Assembly: GCA_964252075.1 (NCBI GenBank) | Contig: CAXULY010000006.1 | Location: 1 to 64,000 of the forward strand | Direction: 5' to 3' | Length of the DNA: 64,000 nucleotides | From: an uncultured Deinococcaceae bacterium | GTDB taxonomy: Bacteria; Deinococcota; Deinococci; Deinococcales; Deinococcaceae | Shown here: positions 18,826-28,702 of the stretch, in pieces | Numbering within the stretch: the stretch's first letter is position 1 | How the letters are laid out: each line of letters opens with the position of its first letter | Position numbers and translations under genes: made by a program | The notes under the pieces: model-generated | The model's input: the letters and a program-made list of their open reading frames with translations, nothing else | What the model was told of the DNA's origin: nothing | Databases searched by the model: none

Positions 18826-19248
18826 GGCAATCCTCCTGAACGCAATGCATCGTGATGGCGCACCGCGCCTGATCCGTCCACGCTAGGGCACCGCTGGAAC
18901 GCCAGCATCCGCCCTGCCGTAACGCGCCTGAACCCGCTTCTCGCGTGGGGAGGCGGATTCCGTGTGCGGACCTTCACGCCCCACAAATGGTGCAGGCATG
19001 GGCGTGAGGGACGCCCGAGAACTTCCTTCACGCAACGAGATGACTTTGAGCATCCGGCGCGCGCGTTGGCCCCTTGAGGAACAGCGCGTCTCTCGCGAAG
19101 GGGGGCGGCATGGTGTTCAGGGGCGCAAGGGCGATGCGCTTGGCGTCGGGCACACGCGGGCGCTCCAGCTCTCCGGTCTTCGGGGCACGCGCCAGGGTAT
19201 TGGGGCCCGCGAACAGCAGCGCGGCCTCCACGCGCGGTCGACCGCGCC

Positions 19249-19908
19249 TCACCGGACGCCCCCCACCGCGGCCTGCTGCTCCCCAGGCGGATTCAGCTTC
19301 ACGGTGATGCCCTGCATGCTGCCGTCCACGAGGCCCACGACCTGCCCGGCGGCGTTCAGCAGGGGCGCGCCGCGCATTGCGGCGCTCACGGGGCCATTCA
19401 GGGTGAGGAGGTCGGCGCCGAGCGTCACTTCCTGCGTGGTGACGCCCCCGCCGGGCGTGAGGCCCACCGCGACGAGCAAGCGCCCGACAGTCAGGTGGGC
19501 GTTGGAACCGAGCGTGAGGGCGGCCGGGGGGAGTCGACGCGCAGCAGCGCGACGCCCCGCGGGACGTCGGTGGGAACGCGCGCGGTACATCGCACCACCC
19601 CTCACTGTCACGTTGACGGCGCGCAAGCCGCAGACGGCGCGGGCGCTGGTCAGGATTTCAACGGGTCCCACGACGAAGCCGCTGCCGGTCGTCATGAACG
19701 CGCCGGGCGGCCACGGCCACCGATTCGCGTGGGTTGGATTGGTCAAGTCGGGCGTTCGGACTGGAACGGCGACCGCCACGACGGAGTCGAGGACGCGGTC
19801 CGCCGTCGCGAGGGTCGGCGCGGGGGCGACGCCTGCCTGCGCGAGGGTAGGAACGAGCAGGGCGGCTGTCAGGAGCAGGGCTTGGGCGAGGCGAGTCATG
19901 GTCATCAC
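19249..19908 (-). pseudogene. Degenerate HtrA/DegP-like trypsin protease (catalytic triad lost, internal compensated frameshift)
   Basis: Signal peptide, SVVAV, GSGFVV, ILTSARAV (His lost), AMRGAPLLNAAGQVVG (Ser lost); TDVPRGVALLRVD is read in a different frame at 19533-19571. Confidence 0.65.
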
Positions 19909-20245
19909 CTAGCAGAGGGGAATGAGGGGTAGGCAGCGCGAGCAGAAGTGTGCCGGCGCTGCGGTGGGAGGACCGACTGAAGCGCGCAGTGGGACCGCGC
20001 CCCGGCGTGGCGCACGTCAGGGCGCGGTCGGTGCATCTCCGGACAGAAGTGGCGTGTGGGCGGTTGTTTCTCCAGTTCCGCTCTACACTTCACCCGTATA
20101 AAACATGCGCACATCAGTGTCAAGTCCCTCGGTTTTCAAAGGGCCGATGAGCGTGGCGACCCACCTCCTTGACACGCGCGGCGGATTTGCATATTTCAGG
20201 GATAAGCACCCACAGCGCATTGCCGCTGGGAAGGAGGTCGCGTTC

Positions 20246-20748
20246 ATAATTCACCACGTGCTCGCGGCCATCTCTATCACGCCGCATGGCCACACCGTCG
20301 CCCACGAGAGCCACGCCCTCGCCCGGCAGCTCGGCGCGCGCCTCACGCTGCTGCATGTGCTGCCCGACCACGTCCCGCCCTTCGCCCGACTGCTGTGGAG
20401 AGACCTGGAGCGCACGCAGCGCGAAGCGTACCTGAGTGCCGCGTGGTTCATGGACGAGGTGCGGCGCGACCGCGCGATCCTGCCGTGCAGCAGCTCATCG
20501 TGCCTGCCATGGGCGACCTCGCGGAACGCATTGCGGGCGTCGCGCGCGAGCAGGACGCGCAGCTCATCGCGGTCGGCACGGACGCCCAGCCGCGACTCCA
20601 GCCGGGCGTCGGGCAGCGGCTCCTCCGCTGCGCGCGGTGGCCCGTCGTGCTGATCGGGCCGGCGCAGGGAACGCCCACGCCCCTCGCCGCGCCGCACACG
20701 CCCCCGCGTCGGGCCGCGCGCGCCGCACCGCCCCTGGTGGAGGCCTGA
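20246..20748 (+). pseudogene. Universal stress protein (UspA family) pseudogene
   Basis: AAGGAGG at 20231 followed by ATA instead of ATG; the N-half (ALARQLGARLTLLHV) and C-half (AQLIAVG...VGQRLLRCARWPVVLI) are in different frames, shift near 20475. Confidence 0.75.
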
Positions 20749-20870
20749 GGACGCCCGGGCGCGCACGCCAGACCACAGCACCCTGCGCCAGGCGGCTTAG
20801 GGTGACCTGCGCCGTTCGCGCGAGGGAGGTGCGGCGGGTGGTCGCGTAGTCTGGCGGTTGGTGATCCTGC

Positions 20871-21503
20871 ATGACCTCGCGCTTCAAGTACCCCCGCACG
20901 CCGCACCTGCCCTGGTCGCCCGGCGCTTCCGCTGACGACACCCGACTGGCGGACCTGCGCGCCTTCGAGGGGCGGGACGTGGTGGTCACGGAGAAACTCG
21001 ATGGGGAGAACACCACCCTGTACCGGGATGGGCTGCACGCGCGCTCGCTCGACCCGCGGCCGCACCCCTCGCGCGCGTGGGTGAAGGCCCTGCAGGGTCG
21101 CGTGGGGTACCGCATTCCGGCCGGGTGGCGGGTGTGCGGTGAGAACCTCTTCGCGCGGCACTCCCTGGCGTACGAGGACCTCGCGTCGTACTTCTACCTG
21201 TTCAGCGTGTGGGACGACACGAACACCTGCCTCAGCTGGGATGAGACGCGCGCGTGGGCGCAGGACCTCGGCCTCCCGACCCCCACGGAACTGTACCGGG
21301 GCTTGTGGGACGCGAGGCGCGTTCAGGCGCTCCGCATCGACGAGGCGCGCATGGAGGGGTACGTGGTCCGCACGACCGGGCGCTTCGCCTTCGCGGACTT
21401 CGCCCTGAACGTCGCGAAGTGGGTGCGGCACGACCACGTCCAGACGGACGGGCACTGGCTGCACGCCGCCGTCACCCCGAACGGCCTGCGGAAGGACCCA
21501 TGA
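20871..21503 (+). CDS. Minimal ATP-dependent polynucleotide ligase (RNA_ligase family; D. radiodurans DR_B0100/LigB-like)
   Basis: KYPRTPHLPWSPG, motif I TEKLDGEN, CGEN, FYLFSVW, EGYVVR, AKWVR. Confidence 0.88.
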   Translation: MTSRFKYPRTPHLPWSPGASADDTRLADLRAFEGRDVVVTEKLDGENTTLYRDGLHARSLDPRPHPSRAWVKALQGRVGYRIPAGWRVCGENLFARHSLAYEDLASYFYLFSVWDDTNTCLSWDETRAWAQDLGLPTPTELYRGLWDARRVQALRIDEARMEGYVVRTTGRFAFADFALNVAKWVRHDHVQTDGHWLHAAVTPNGLRKDP

Positions 21504-22759
21504 GGCCGTACCTGCAGGCGCTGGCGTCCGGCGCCCCAGCAGACTTCGAAGGCACCCTCGCGGCGCTCGGTGACGTGCTGCCGCTGCTCGCGGAGCTGCC
21601 GGGAACCCCGCAGGAACCCGAGTGGCACGGCGAGGGGGACGTCGCCGCGCACACCGACCTCGTGCTGCGCGAAGCGCACGCGCTCGCCGAGCAGCACGAC
21701 CTGCGCGGCGAGACGCGGCTGGCATTCCTGCTGGGCGCGGCCCTGCACGACATCGGCAAGGCCCTCACCACGCGCCTCGCGCCAGACGCGGCGGGGCGCG
21801 AGCGCGTGATCTCGCCGCGGCACGCCGACCGCGGGCGGTCGTACCTCGCGTACCGACTGCCGGAACTCCAGCTGCCATTCCCGGTCATCTGGACGGTGCT
21901 GGGCCTCGTCGGGCACCACCACGACCTGGGCCGCACGCTGGACGTGGGCACGCCGCCCGCGTACCGGCGCCTCGCGCGGCAGGTGGACCTGCGCCTGCTG
22001 TACCTGCTGGAGCAGGCGGACCTGCGCGGGCGCGTCGCCGCGGACCGCGACGCGAAACTCGAACTGGTGGAGCTGTTCCGGCTGGGCGCCGAGGAGAGCG
22101 GCGTGTGGGGCGTCACGGACCCGTACGCCGCGTGGGGCGCGGCCACGGACGCGCTCACGGCGGGCCTCCCCGCCCGGTACCGGGCGCTGGTGCGGGAGCG
22201 CGGCGTCCTCGATTACGAGGCGGGCCGCATCCAGACGCCGGAGGAAGCGGTGGCGCGCGCGTACGACGCGCGGGGCGGCTTCGCGCGGCTGGTCGTCACG
22301 TGCGGACCGAGCGGGTCTGGGAAGAGCGCGTGGGTGGCCGAGCACCTGCCGGACCACGAGGTGGTGTCTCTGGACGCGCTGCGTGAGGCGCTCGCCGGGC
22401 GGCGCGCCGACCAGGGCATGAATGGCCGGGTGCTGCAGGAAGCCAAGGAGCGCCTCAGGGCGGCGCTCCGGGCGCGGCGCGCGGTGGTGTGGGACGCCAC
22501 GAACACCCGCCGGGACTTCCGCGCCGCGCCGCTGCAGCTGGGCTTCGATTACGGCGCGCACACGACCCTCGCGGTGTTCCAGCCGCCGCTCAGCACGGTG
22601 TTCACGCGCAACCCCGCGCGCGTGCACGCCGTCCCCGCGCACGTGGTGGCGGCGCAGGTGGACCATGCGGAGTTCCCGTACCTGCCGGAAGCGCACCACA
22701 CCCGGATCATCGACGAGTACGGACGCGAGGCGCCCATCCGCCCGCCAGCGGTCGGGTGA
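21500..22759 (+). CDS. HD-Pnk end-healing enzyme (HD phosphoesterase fused to a P-loop polynucleotide kinase)
   Basis: QEPEWHGEGDVAAHT, LHDIGK, ADLRGR; C-terminal GPSGSGKS, SLD, VWDATN; ATGA coupling to the ligase. Confidence 0.88.
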   Translation: MRPYLQALASGAPADFEGTLAALGDVLPLLAELPGTPQEPEWHGEGDVAAHTDLVLREAHALAEQHDLRGETRLAFLLGAALHDIGKALTTRLAPDAAGRERVISPRHADRGRSYLAYRLPELQLPFPVIWTVLGLVGHHHDLGRTLDVGTPPAYRRLARQVDLRLLYLLEQADLRGRVAADRDAKLELVELFRLGAEESGVWGVTDPYAAWGAATDALTAGLPARYRALVRERGVLDYEAGRIQTPEEAVARAYDARGGFARLVVTCGPSGSGKSAWVAEHLPDHEVVSLDALREALAGRRADQGMNGRVLQEAKERLRAALRARRAVVWDATNTRRDFRAAPLQLGFDYGAHTTLAVFQPPLSTVFTRNPARVHAVPAHVVAAQVDHAEFPYLPEAHHTRIIDEYGREAPIRPPAVG

Positions 22760-22967
22760 GCCGCAGCGGTCCAGGGACGCGTTCCCGGACGGTCACCGCC
22801 CGGAACCGCGCGGTGAGTGGATGACGAAGTCACACCGCCCCTTCCCTACGCGCACCCACCTCGGGGACGCGCCCGCCGCCCGGCCTCCACGCTGTCTGGA
22901 ATCGACCACCGCGCATCAACTTACCGGGGCGCCCCCTGCCTGCGCGTCCCGGCCCTGGGAGGCGGCC

Positions 22968-23828
22968 ATGGAGCTGCAACACCTTGAACTGAACGACGTG
23001 ACCCTCGCGTACCGCGTGCAGGGTACCGGGCCCACCCTGTTCCTCGTCGGGGCGCCCGCCGGCATGGCGGGCTTCGCGCCGCTCGCCGCGCGCCTCGCCG
23101 ACCGGTACACCGTCGTGACGCACGACCCGCGCGGCATCGGGCTCAGCCGCTTCACAGCGGACGCAGAAAAGACACCTGCGTCTGAGGACCGCCGCCTCGG
23201 CCTCACGAACGGCGCGCCCGTCACGCCCGCCGACCTCGCCCGCGACCTCCAGGCGCTCATGCGGCACATCACGGACCAGCCCGCGCTGCTGTTCGGCAGC
23301 AGTGGCGGCGCCGTCACGGGACTCGACCTGCTGGCGCGGCACCCGGAGTCGGTGCGCCTCCTCGTGGCGCACGAGCCCCCGCTGTTCGCGCTCCTGCCGG
23401 ACGCGGACGCGGTGCTCGCGCGGGCCGACGCGGCCTTCCAGCTCGCCGCGAGCGACCCCAACGCGGGCTCACAGGCCTTCTCGGACCTCACCGAGGCCCT
23501 GCACGCCACGCACGCCCCCACCCCCCGCCCCGAGCGAATCCTGCTGCCACCCGGCACCCCGCAGGAGCGGGAGAAGAACCGCTTCTTCCTCACGCGCATG
23601 GCGCCCGGCACCGTGCACGCGAGGCCGCCCCTCGCGGCGCTGGCGTCCGCCCCGCTGGTCGTCGCGGCGGGCCGCGCCTCCATCGGTCAGGCCGCGCGGC
23701 GCTCCAGCGAGGCGCTCGCGCAGGCGCTTGGCGTGCCGCTGCTGGACGCGCCCGGCAACCACCTCGCGCCCGCGCTGGAGGCCGAGGCCTTCGCCCATTG
23801 GCTCACGGAGGTGCTGGAGCAGCACTGA
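22968..23828 (+). CDS. Alpha/beta fold hydrolase
   Basis: HDPRGIGLS, GSSGG, VAHEPP, PGNH; GGAGG RBS. Confidence 0.85.
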   Translation: MELQHLELNDVTLAYRVQGTGPTLFLVGAPAGMAGFAPLAARLADRYTVVTHDPRGIGLSRFTADAEKTPASEDRRLGLTNGAPVTPADLARDLQALMRHITDQPALLFGSSGGAVTGLDLLARHPESVRLLVAHEPPLFALLPDADAVLARADAAFQLAASDPNAGSQAFSDLTEALHATHAPTPRPERILLPPGTPQEREKNRFFLTRMAPGTVHARPPLAALASAPLVVAAGRASIGQAARRSSEALAQALGVPLLDAPGNHLAPALEAEAFAHWLTEVLEQH

Positions 23829-23889
23829 CCCAAGGAAAGAGGACCTCGGGGACGAAGCATGACCGGCTCCTCCGAGGTAAGCTCCACGC

Positions 23890-24606
23890 ATGGACGACCT
23901 GCCCGCGCTGCCGGAAGGACCGCGCGCCCTCACGTGCGCGGGCGCGCTGGAGGACCGGGTGGCGCTGCTGAGCACCCCGCACCACGCGCCGCTGTCCCGG
24001 TTCGTGCAGGAGTTGCGGGCGCACCTGCACGAGCGGCACGTGGACGTGCCGCACCTCGACCCGCTCGGCGGCGGGACCGACGCGCGCGTGCTGTACCTCC
24101 TGGAAGCGCCCGGCCCGAAAGCCGCGCGGCAGCACGGCGGCAGCGGCTTCGTCAGCATGGACAACAACGACCCGACCGCCGAAGCCCTCTACCACGCCAC
24201 CCTCGCCGCCGGACTGGAGCGCCGCGCGGTCGTCACGTGGAACATCGTGCCGTGGTACGTCGGCACGGGCACCAGCATCCGCGCCGTGCGGACCGACGAG
24301 GTGCGCGAGGGACGCGCGCACCTGCGGACGCTGATCGCGCACCTCCCGGCGCTGCGGGTCGTCGTGACCTTCGGGCGGCCAGCAACGACCGGATGGGCGG
24401 GCGTCGCCGCGCACTTCACGCACCTCACGGGCCTGTCCACGTGGCACGCCAGCGGGCGAGCCCTCAACGGGCACCAGGGCCGCAAGGACCACCTGCTCGA
24501 CACCCTGCGGCTCGCCCGCACGCTCGCGGAACACGAGCGGCCCGACGCGCGCCTCGCCGCGCTGCTCGAAGCGCACCGGAACGACCCCCGCGCACCCTCG
24601 TGGTGA
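23890..24606 (+). CDS. Uracil-DNA glycosylase superfamily protein
   Basis: LLEAPGPKA, SGFVSMDNNDPTA, WNIVPW, VVTFGRPA, WHAS; leaderless -10 TAAGCT at 23878-23883. Confidence 0.8.
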   Translation: MDDLPALPEGPRALTCAGALEDRVALLSTPHHAPLSRFVQELRAHLHERHVDVPHLDPLGGGTDARVLYLLEAPGPKAARQHGGSGFVSMDNNDPTAEALYHATLAAGLERRAVVTWNIVPWYVGTGTSIRAVRTDEVREGRAHLRTLIAHLPALRVVVTFGRPATTGWAGVAAHFTHLTGLSTWHASGRALNGHQGRKDHLLDTLRLARTLAEHERPDARLAALLEAHRNDPRAPSW

Positions 24607-25128
24607 CCGCCAGCACGCATCTTGGGCAAGCACTCGGCTTACCCGGCCGCGCGCCCCCTCCCCACTGCGGCAGAAACCTCCCCTCCGCTGGGGTGCAACC
24701 TGGGCCGTCCGCCAGCAGCGCGGAGATACCCGCCACTTCAATCTCCAAACACACAGGCTGCACGGCCCGCCGGCGAGACGAACGGTAAACGGTGGGCGCA
24801 GGCGTCCGTGCGACGGGGCACACAACCTCCAGCACGAACGGCAGGACGTGCTGGTGGCCCATCGGGCGCATCCTGGCGTCCCAGACACACGCGCTGACGC
24901 CCACGACCACACTCCGCGCGCTCCTCGAATCAGAGCATCTTCCTGCCAGCCAGACCGCAAACCCTGGCTGGGCCATGGGGCAGCTCGACGCGCTTTCGCG
25001 CGTTCATGCCGCCAGCCGCCTCCAATGACGCCCCATTCGCCCTCAGGGGTTCTTCAGGGGTTTTTCTTGCCTGCGCCTCCGTCACGGTTGCCCACCAACT
25101 GAATGCAGGAAGACCACCGTGGCGCCAG

Positions 25129-26064
25129 TTACATCCTGGTGCCGTTCCCTCCCGGTTCTGGCGTGCCCTGGTTTTTGGGTGTGATCCGGCGCAGCAGGGC
25201 GAGGGCGTCAAAGGGCGCGTGCGCATCAATGTCATTGTCGAAGTACACGTACACGTCCCTGGGGCGCCTGGGCGGCACCTCGGGGGCCAGGCGGCGCGCG
25301 TCGGGCGGCTGACCCCCCTGCGACCACGCGCGGACGCGCTGCGCCCACGCGTCGAGCTCCGAGGGCCCGTACCCGCTGCGGTACAGCTCCCGCGAGCCGT
25401 GCAGGCGGACGTACACGAAATCCGCCGTCACTTCCTCGATGAGTGGGAAGTGCCCCGCGCCGTCCGACACGACGAGCGCCACGCCGTGCGCGCGCAGGAG
25501 TGGCGGCAGGTCGGGCGTGAGGAAACTCTCGTGCCGCACTTCCAGGGCGTGCCGCAGGGGCGTGTCCTCCCACGCCTGCGTCCATGCGCGGCCGTTCAGG
25601 CGCGCGTCGTGCTCCTGCGCGAGTCGCGCGGCTTCGCCCGTGGAGCGCGGGAGCAGCGCGAGGAAGGTCGCGAGGACCTCCGGGTCGAAGCGCAGGCGCT
25701 CGGGGAGCTGCCACAGAATGGGCCCCAGGTGGCCTTCGAGGCGCAGCACGCCGGACGCGAAAAAGTTCGCGAGCGGCGCGCGCACGTCCCGGAGTTTCTT
25801 CATGTGCGTCACGAACCGCCCGCCTTTCACCGCGAAGGTGAAGTCCGCGGGCACCTGGGCGGCCCAGCGCGCGTAGGTGTCCGGTCGTTGCAGCGCGTAG
25901 AAGGACCCGTTGACCTCCACGCTGGGCATCTGCCGCGCGAGGTACTCCAGTTCGCGCCTCTGGATGAGGTCGTTGGGGTAGTAGGTGCCGCGCCAGTGGC
26001 GGTACGTCCAGCCGGACGTGCCGATGAGGATGCGGCCGGACGCGGTGGGGTCGTGGGCGTTCAT
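25129..26064 (-). CDS. DUF72 (YecE-like TIM-barrel) protein
   Basis: IGTSGWTY..W, VEVNGSFY, WQLP, EVRHESF, YVRLHG, YFDND. Confidence 0.92.
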   Translation of the reverse strand: MNAHDPTASGRILIGTSGWTYRHWRGTYYPNDLIQRRELEYLARQMPSVEVNGSFYALQRPDTYARWAAQVPADFTFAVKGGRFVTHMKKLRDVRAPLANFFASGVLRLEGHLGPILWQLPERLRFDPEVLATFLALLPRSTGEAARLAQEHDARLNGRAWTQAWEDTPLRHALEVRHESFLTPDLPPLLRAHGVALVVSDGAGHFPLIEEVTADFVYVRLHGSRELYRSGYGPSELDAWAQRVRAWSQGGQPPDARRLAPEVPPRRPRDVYVYFDNDIDAHAPFDALALLRRITPKNQGTPEPGGNGTRM

Positions 26065-26564
26065 GCGTGGCTCGCCTGGGCTGGGCATGCGTGAGGGCCA
26101 TTGTAGGCATTCCGGTGGGCTGGAAGATGCCGTCTGAAGGCTGCATTCAGCGGCATATCCTGTCGTGACGTTTTACGGGGCACCGGTCGCCCCGGACCGC
26201 GTAGGCGCTCCATGCCGGTCTTTCGGGGGCCACGCGATGTGATGCTGGACCGTGACGGTGGCGCAGCCGAGGGCAGACAACTCCACGACTGCGCGGGTGC
26301 CGGAGACCGTCAGTATGTCGGACAGCGTGCACGGGGTCCCGACCTTCACCGTGGACCGAAACCCGTTCGGGAGTCTGGCATCCAGGCGCGGTGCAGCCAC
26401 AAGGCCCGCACAGTCCTGCGGCGCCTTGGATGGGGGGCACGCTTCTGCCATGGAGGCGCCCCGAACATCAATCTGCTGGTAGAGACCATTCGTGTTGACG
26501 GTGTCCATAGAACCCATCCGGCGTTCCGTGGCGCGCACGGCGCGGAAACGTACGCGCCGGGGCG

Positions 26565-27317
26565 TCAGAAGAGGCTGGGCTGGGCGCTCTCCTCCTCATC
26601 CATGGGGAGCGCCTGCACTTCCGTGAACTCCAGTCCCGCGGCTTCCAGCGCGCGCAGAGCGGGGGCCGTGATGCCGGGCGCCGCCAGCACCCCCCGCACC
26701 TCCCCCAGCACCTGCGTCCGCACGGCCTCCACGTACCGCTGCAGCTGATGCACGGCGTCCTGCGTCGCCTTCCCGCGCTTCAGTTCCACCACCACGAAGC
26801 GCCCCAGGGCGTCGCGCGCGTACAGGTCCACGCCGCCCACCCCCACCAGCAGTTCCCGCTCCAGCACCGTGAGGCCCTCCTCGATGACCTCCGGGTGCCG
26901 CGCGAGGCGCGCCTGCATCTGCGCCTCCGAGCCCGCCAGCAGGAAGTCCCCCTCCTCACTCAGCGCGAGTGCGAGCGCGAGGTGCACCTCCAGGAAGGTG
27001 ACGGTGACGGTCTCCTCGGGGTTGCGGCGGGCCACGGTGAGCACGCACAGCCCGTCACGCAGCGTGGCGGTGATACGGTCGGATTTCGGTTGCCAGTTCA
27101 CGGGCTTCACGCCGCGCGGCCCGTGAATCTGCAGGCTGCCGTCCGCTTTGAGGATCAGCAGGTACTGCCCGGCCTCCGCGAGGCTCACCGCTCGGCCCAC
27201 GTAACTGATCTCGGCCTGCGCGGCGACCTGCACGAGGCACGGGCGGTGCGCGCCGTGGGTGGTGAGGAAGGCCGCGAGGTCCTCGGCGCTGGGGTTCAGG
27301 TGCTGCTCGCGGATCAT
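26565..27317 (-). CDS. nucS: Endonuclease NucS/EndoMS
   Basis: YVGRA, KADGSLQIH, KPVNWQP, GGVD, VELKR, QLQRY, LAAP. Confidence 0.92.
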   Translation of the reverse strand: MIREQHLNPSAEDLAAFLTTHGAHRPCLVQVAAQAEISYVGRAVSLAEAGQYLLILKADGSLQIHGPRGVKPVNWQPKSDRITATLRDGLCVLTVARRNPEETVTVTFLEVHLALALALSEEGDFLLAGSEAQMQARLARHPEVIEEGLTVLERELLVGVGGVDLYARDALGRFVVVELKRGKATQDAVHQLQRYVEAVRTQVLGEVRGVLAAPGITAPALRALEAAGLEFTEVQALPMDEEESAQPSLF

Positions 27318-27459
27318 GGGGCACCAGTGTAGCGGGTGAACCCGCCGTCCGGTGGGTGACGCGCCGGACCCAGCGGGCCGTCCCGAGCGCCGGGACCAGC
27401 GGTGCCCCATGACAACGGGACAACAGGACTCGCACACTGGCAGGCAAGGAGGAACACCC

Positions 27460-28656
27460 ATGAGCGTCACCACCCGCCTGTCCTTTCACGCCGCTGTCCT
27501 CGCCGCCGCCCTCTCCCTCGCTGCGTGCTCCAGCAGTCCCGCCGCGGGCGGGGGGACCCCCACGCCGTCCCCGTCCGTGAACCCCACGCCCACCCCTTCC
27601 CCGTCGGGCCACTGGGTGATGGGATACGTCGTCGGGTACGAACGGGACCTGCTGCCACTCGACGCGGTGAACTGGAAGGCGATGACGCACGTGGCGGTCG
27701 GGCGCGCGCGGCCCCTCAGCGACGGCAGCATCACCACCGACTTCGACATCGACACCGTGCAGGGCCCCACCTGGGCGAAGTCGGTGGTGAGCCACGCGCA
27801 CCAGAACGGCGTGAAGGCCATCCTGATGCTCGGCGGGGCGGGCGAGCACGACGGGTTCGCGAGCGCGGCGTCCAGCGCGCACCGTGACGCCTTCGTGCAG
27901 CGCATCCGGGCGCTCGTGCAGACCTACGGGTTCGACGGCGTGGACCTCGACTGGGAGCCCATCGACTCGGCGGACGCCGCGCCCCTGAAGGCGCTCGTGA
28001 CGGCCCTGCGCGCCGCGAAACCGGACCTCATCCTGACGCTGCCCGTGAATTACGTGAACGTGAACTTCCCGGATGTCGAGGCGCGGCCGTTCTTTGCGGA
28101 CCTCGCCGCGCAGCTCGACCAGATCAACATCATGAGTTACGGCATGGCCGGGGATTACGAGGGCTGGCATTCCTGGCACTCCTCGGCGTTGATGGGTGAG
28201 GGGGAGAGCACGCCGTCGAGCGTCTCGTCCAGCGTGGACGCGTACCTCGCGGTGGGCGTGCCCGCGCAGAAACTCGGGGTGGGCATCGGCTTCTACGGCC
28301 TGTGCTACCAGGGCGTGAAGGGTCCCGGGCAGGCGTCGAACAACATGCACATCGTCGCTGACGACGGCGACATGAGTTACGCGAATATCATGACCAGCTA
28401 CTCGGCGGCGGCCACGAAGCTCTTCGACCCCACCGCGCAGGTGCCGTACCTCTCGTCGGACACCCCGCTGGGGGACAAGGCGTGCACGTACATCTCGTAC
28501 GAGGACGCCCGGAGCATCGCGGCGAAAGGCGCGTACGCGAAAGCGAAGGGTCTGGGCGGCACGATCATCTGGACGGTCGCGCAGGGCCACCAGCCGGGCC
28601 AGCCTGCGGGCGCGCAGGACCCCCTCCTGAACGCCGCCCAGGCCGCCTTCCGCTGA
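27460..28656 (+). CDS. GH18 chitinase-like lipoprotein
   Basis: Lipobox LAAC, PT/PS linker, intact catalytic DGVDLDWE, MSY, GIGFYG, SYED, GLGGTIIW; AAGGAGG RBS. Confidence 0.92.
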   Translation: MSVTTRLSFHAAVLAAALSLAACSSSPAAGGGTPTPSPSVNPTPTPSPSGHWVMGYVVGYERDLLPLDAVNWKAMTHVAVGRARPLSDGSITTDFDIDTVQGPTWAKSVVSHAHQNGVKAILMLGGAGEHDGFASAASSAHRDAFVQRIRALVQTYGFDGVDLDWEPIDSADAAPLKALVTALRAAKPDLILTLPVNYVNVNFPDVEARPFFADLAAQLDQINIMSYGMAGDYEGWHSWHSSALMGEGESTPSSVSSSVDAYLAVGVPAQKLGVGIGFYGLCYQGVKGPGQASNNMHIVADDGDMSYANIMTSYSAAATKLFDPTAQVPYLSSDTPLGDKACTYISYEDARSIAAKGAYAKAKGLGGTIIWTVAQGHQPGQPAGAQDPLLNAAQAAFR

Positions 28657-28702
28657 GGCGCGGCCCGCCTCACGCCCCACCACGCGCGAAAGGACCTGAA
28701 GC

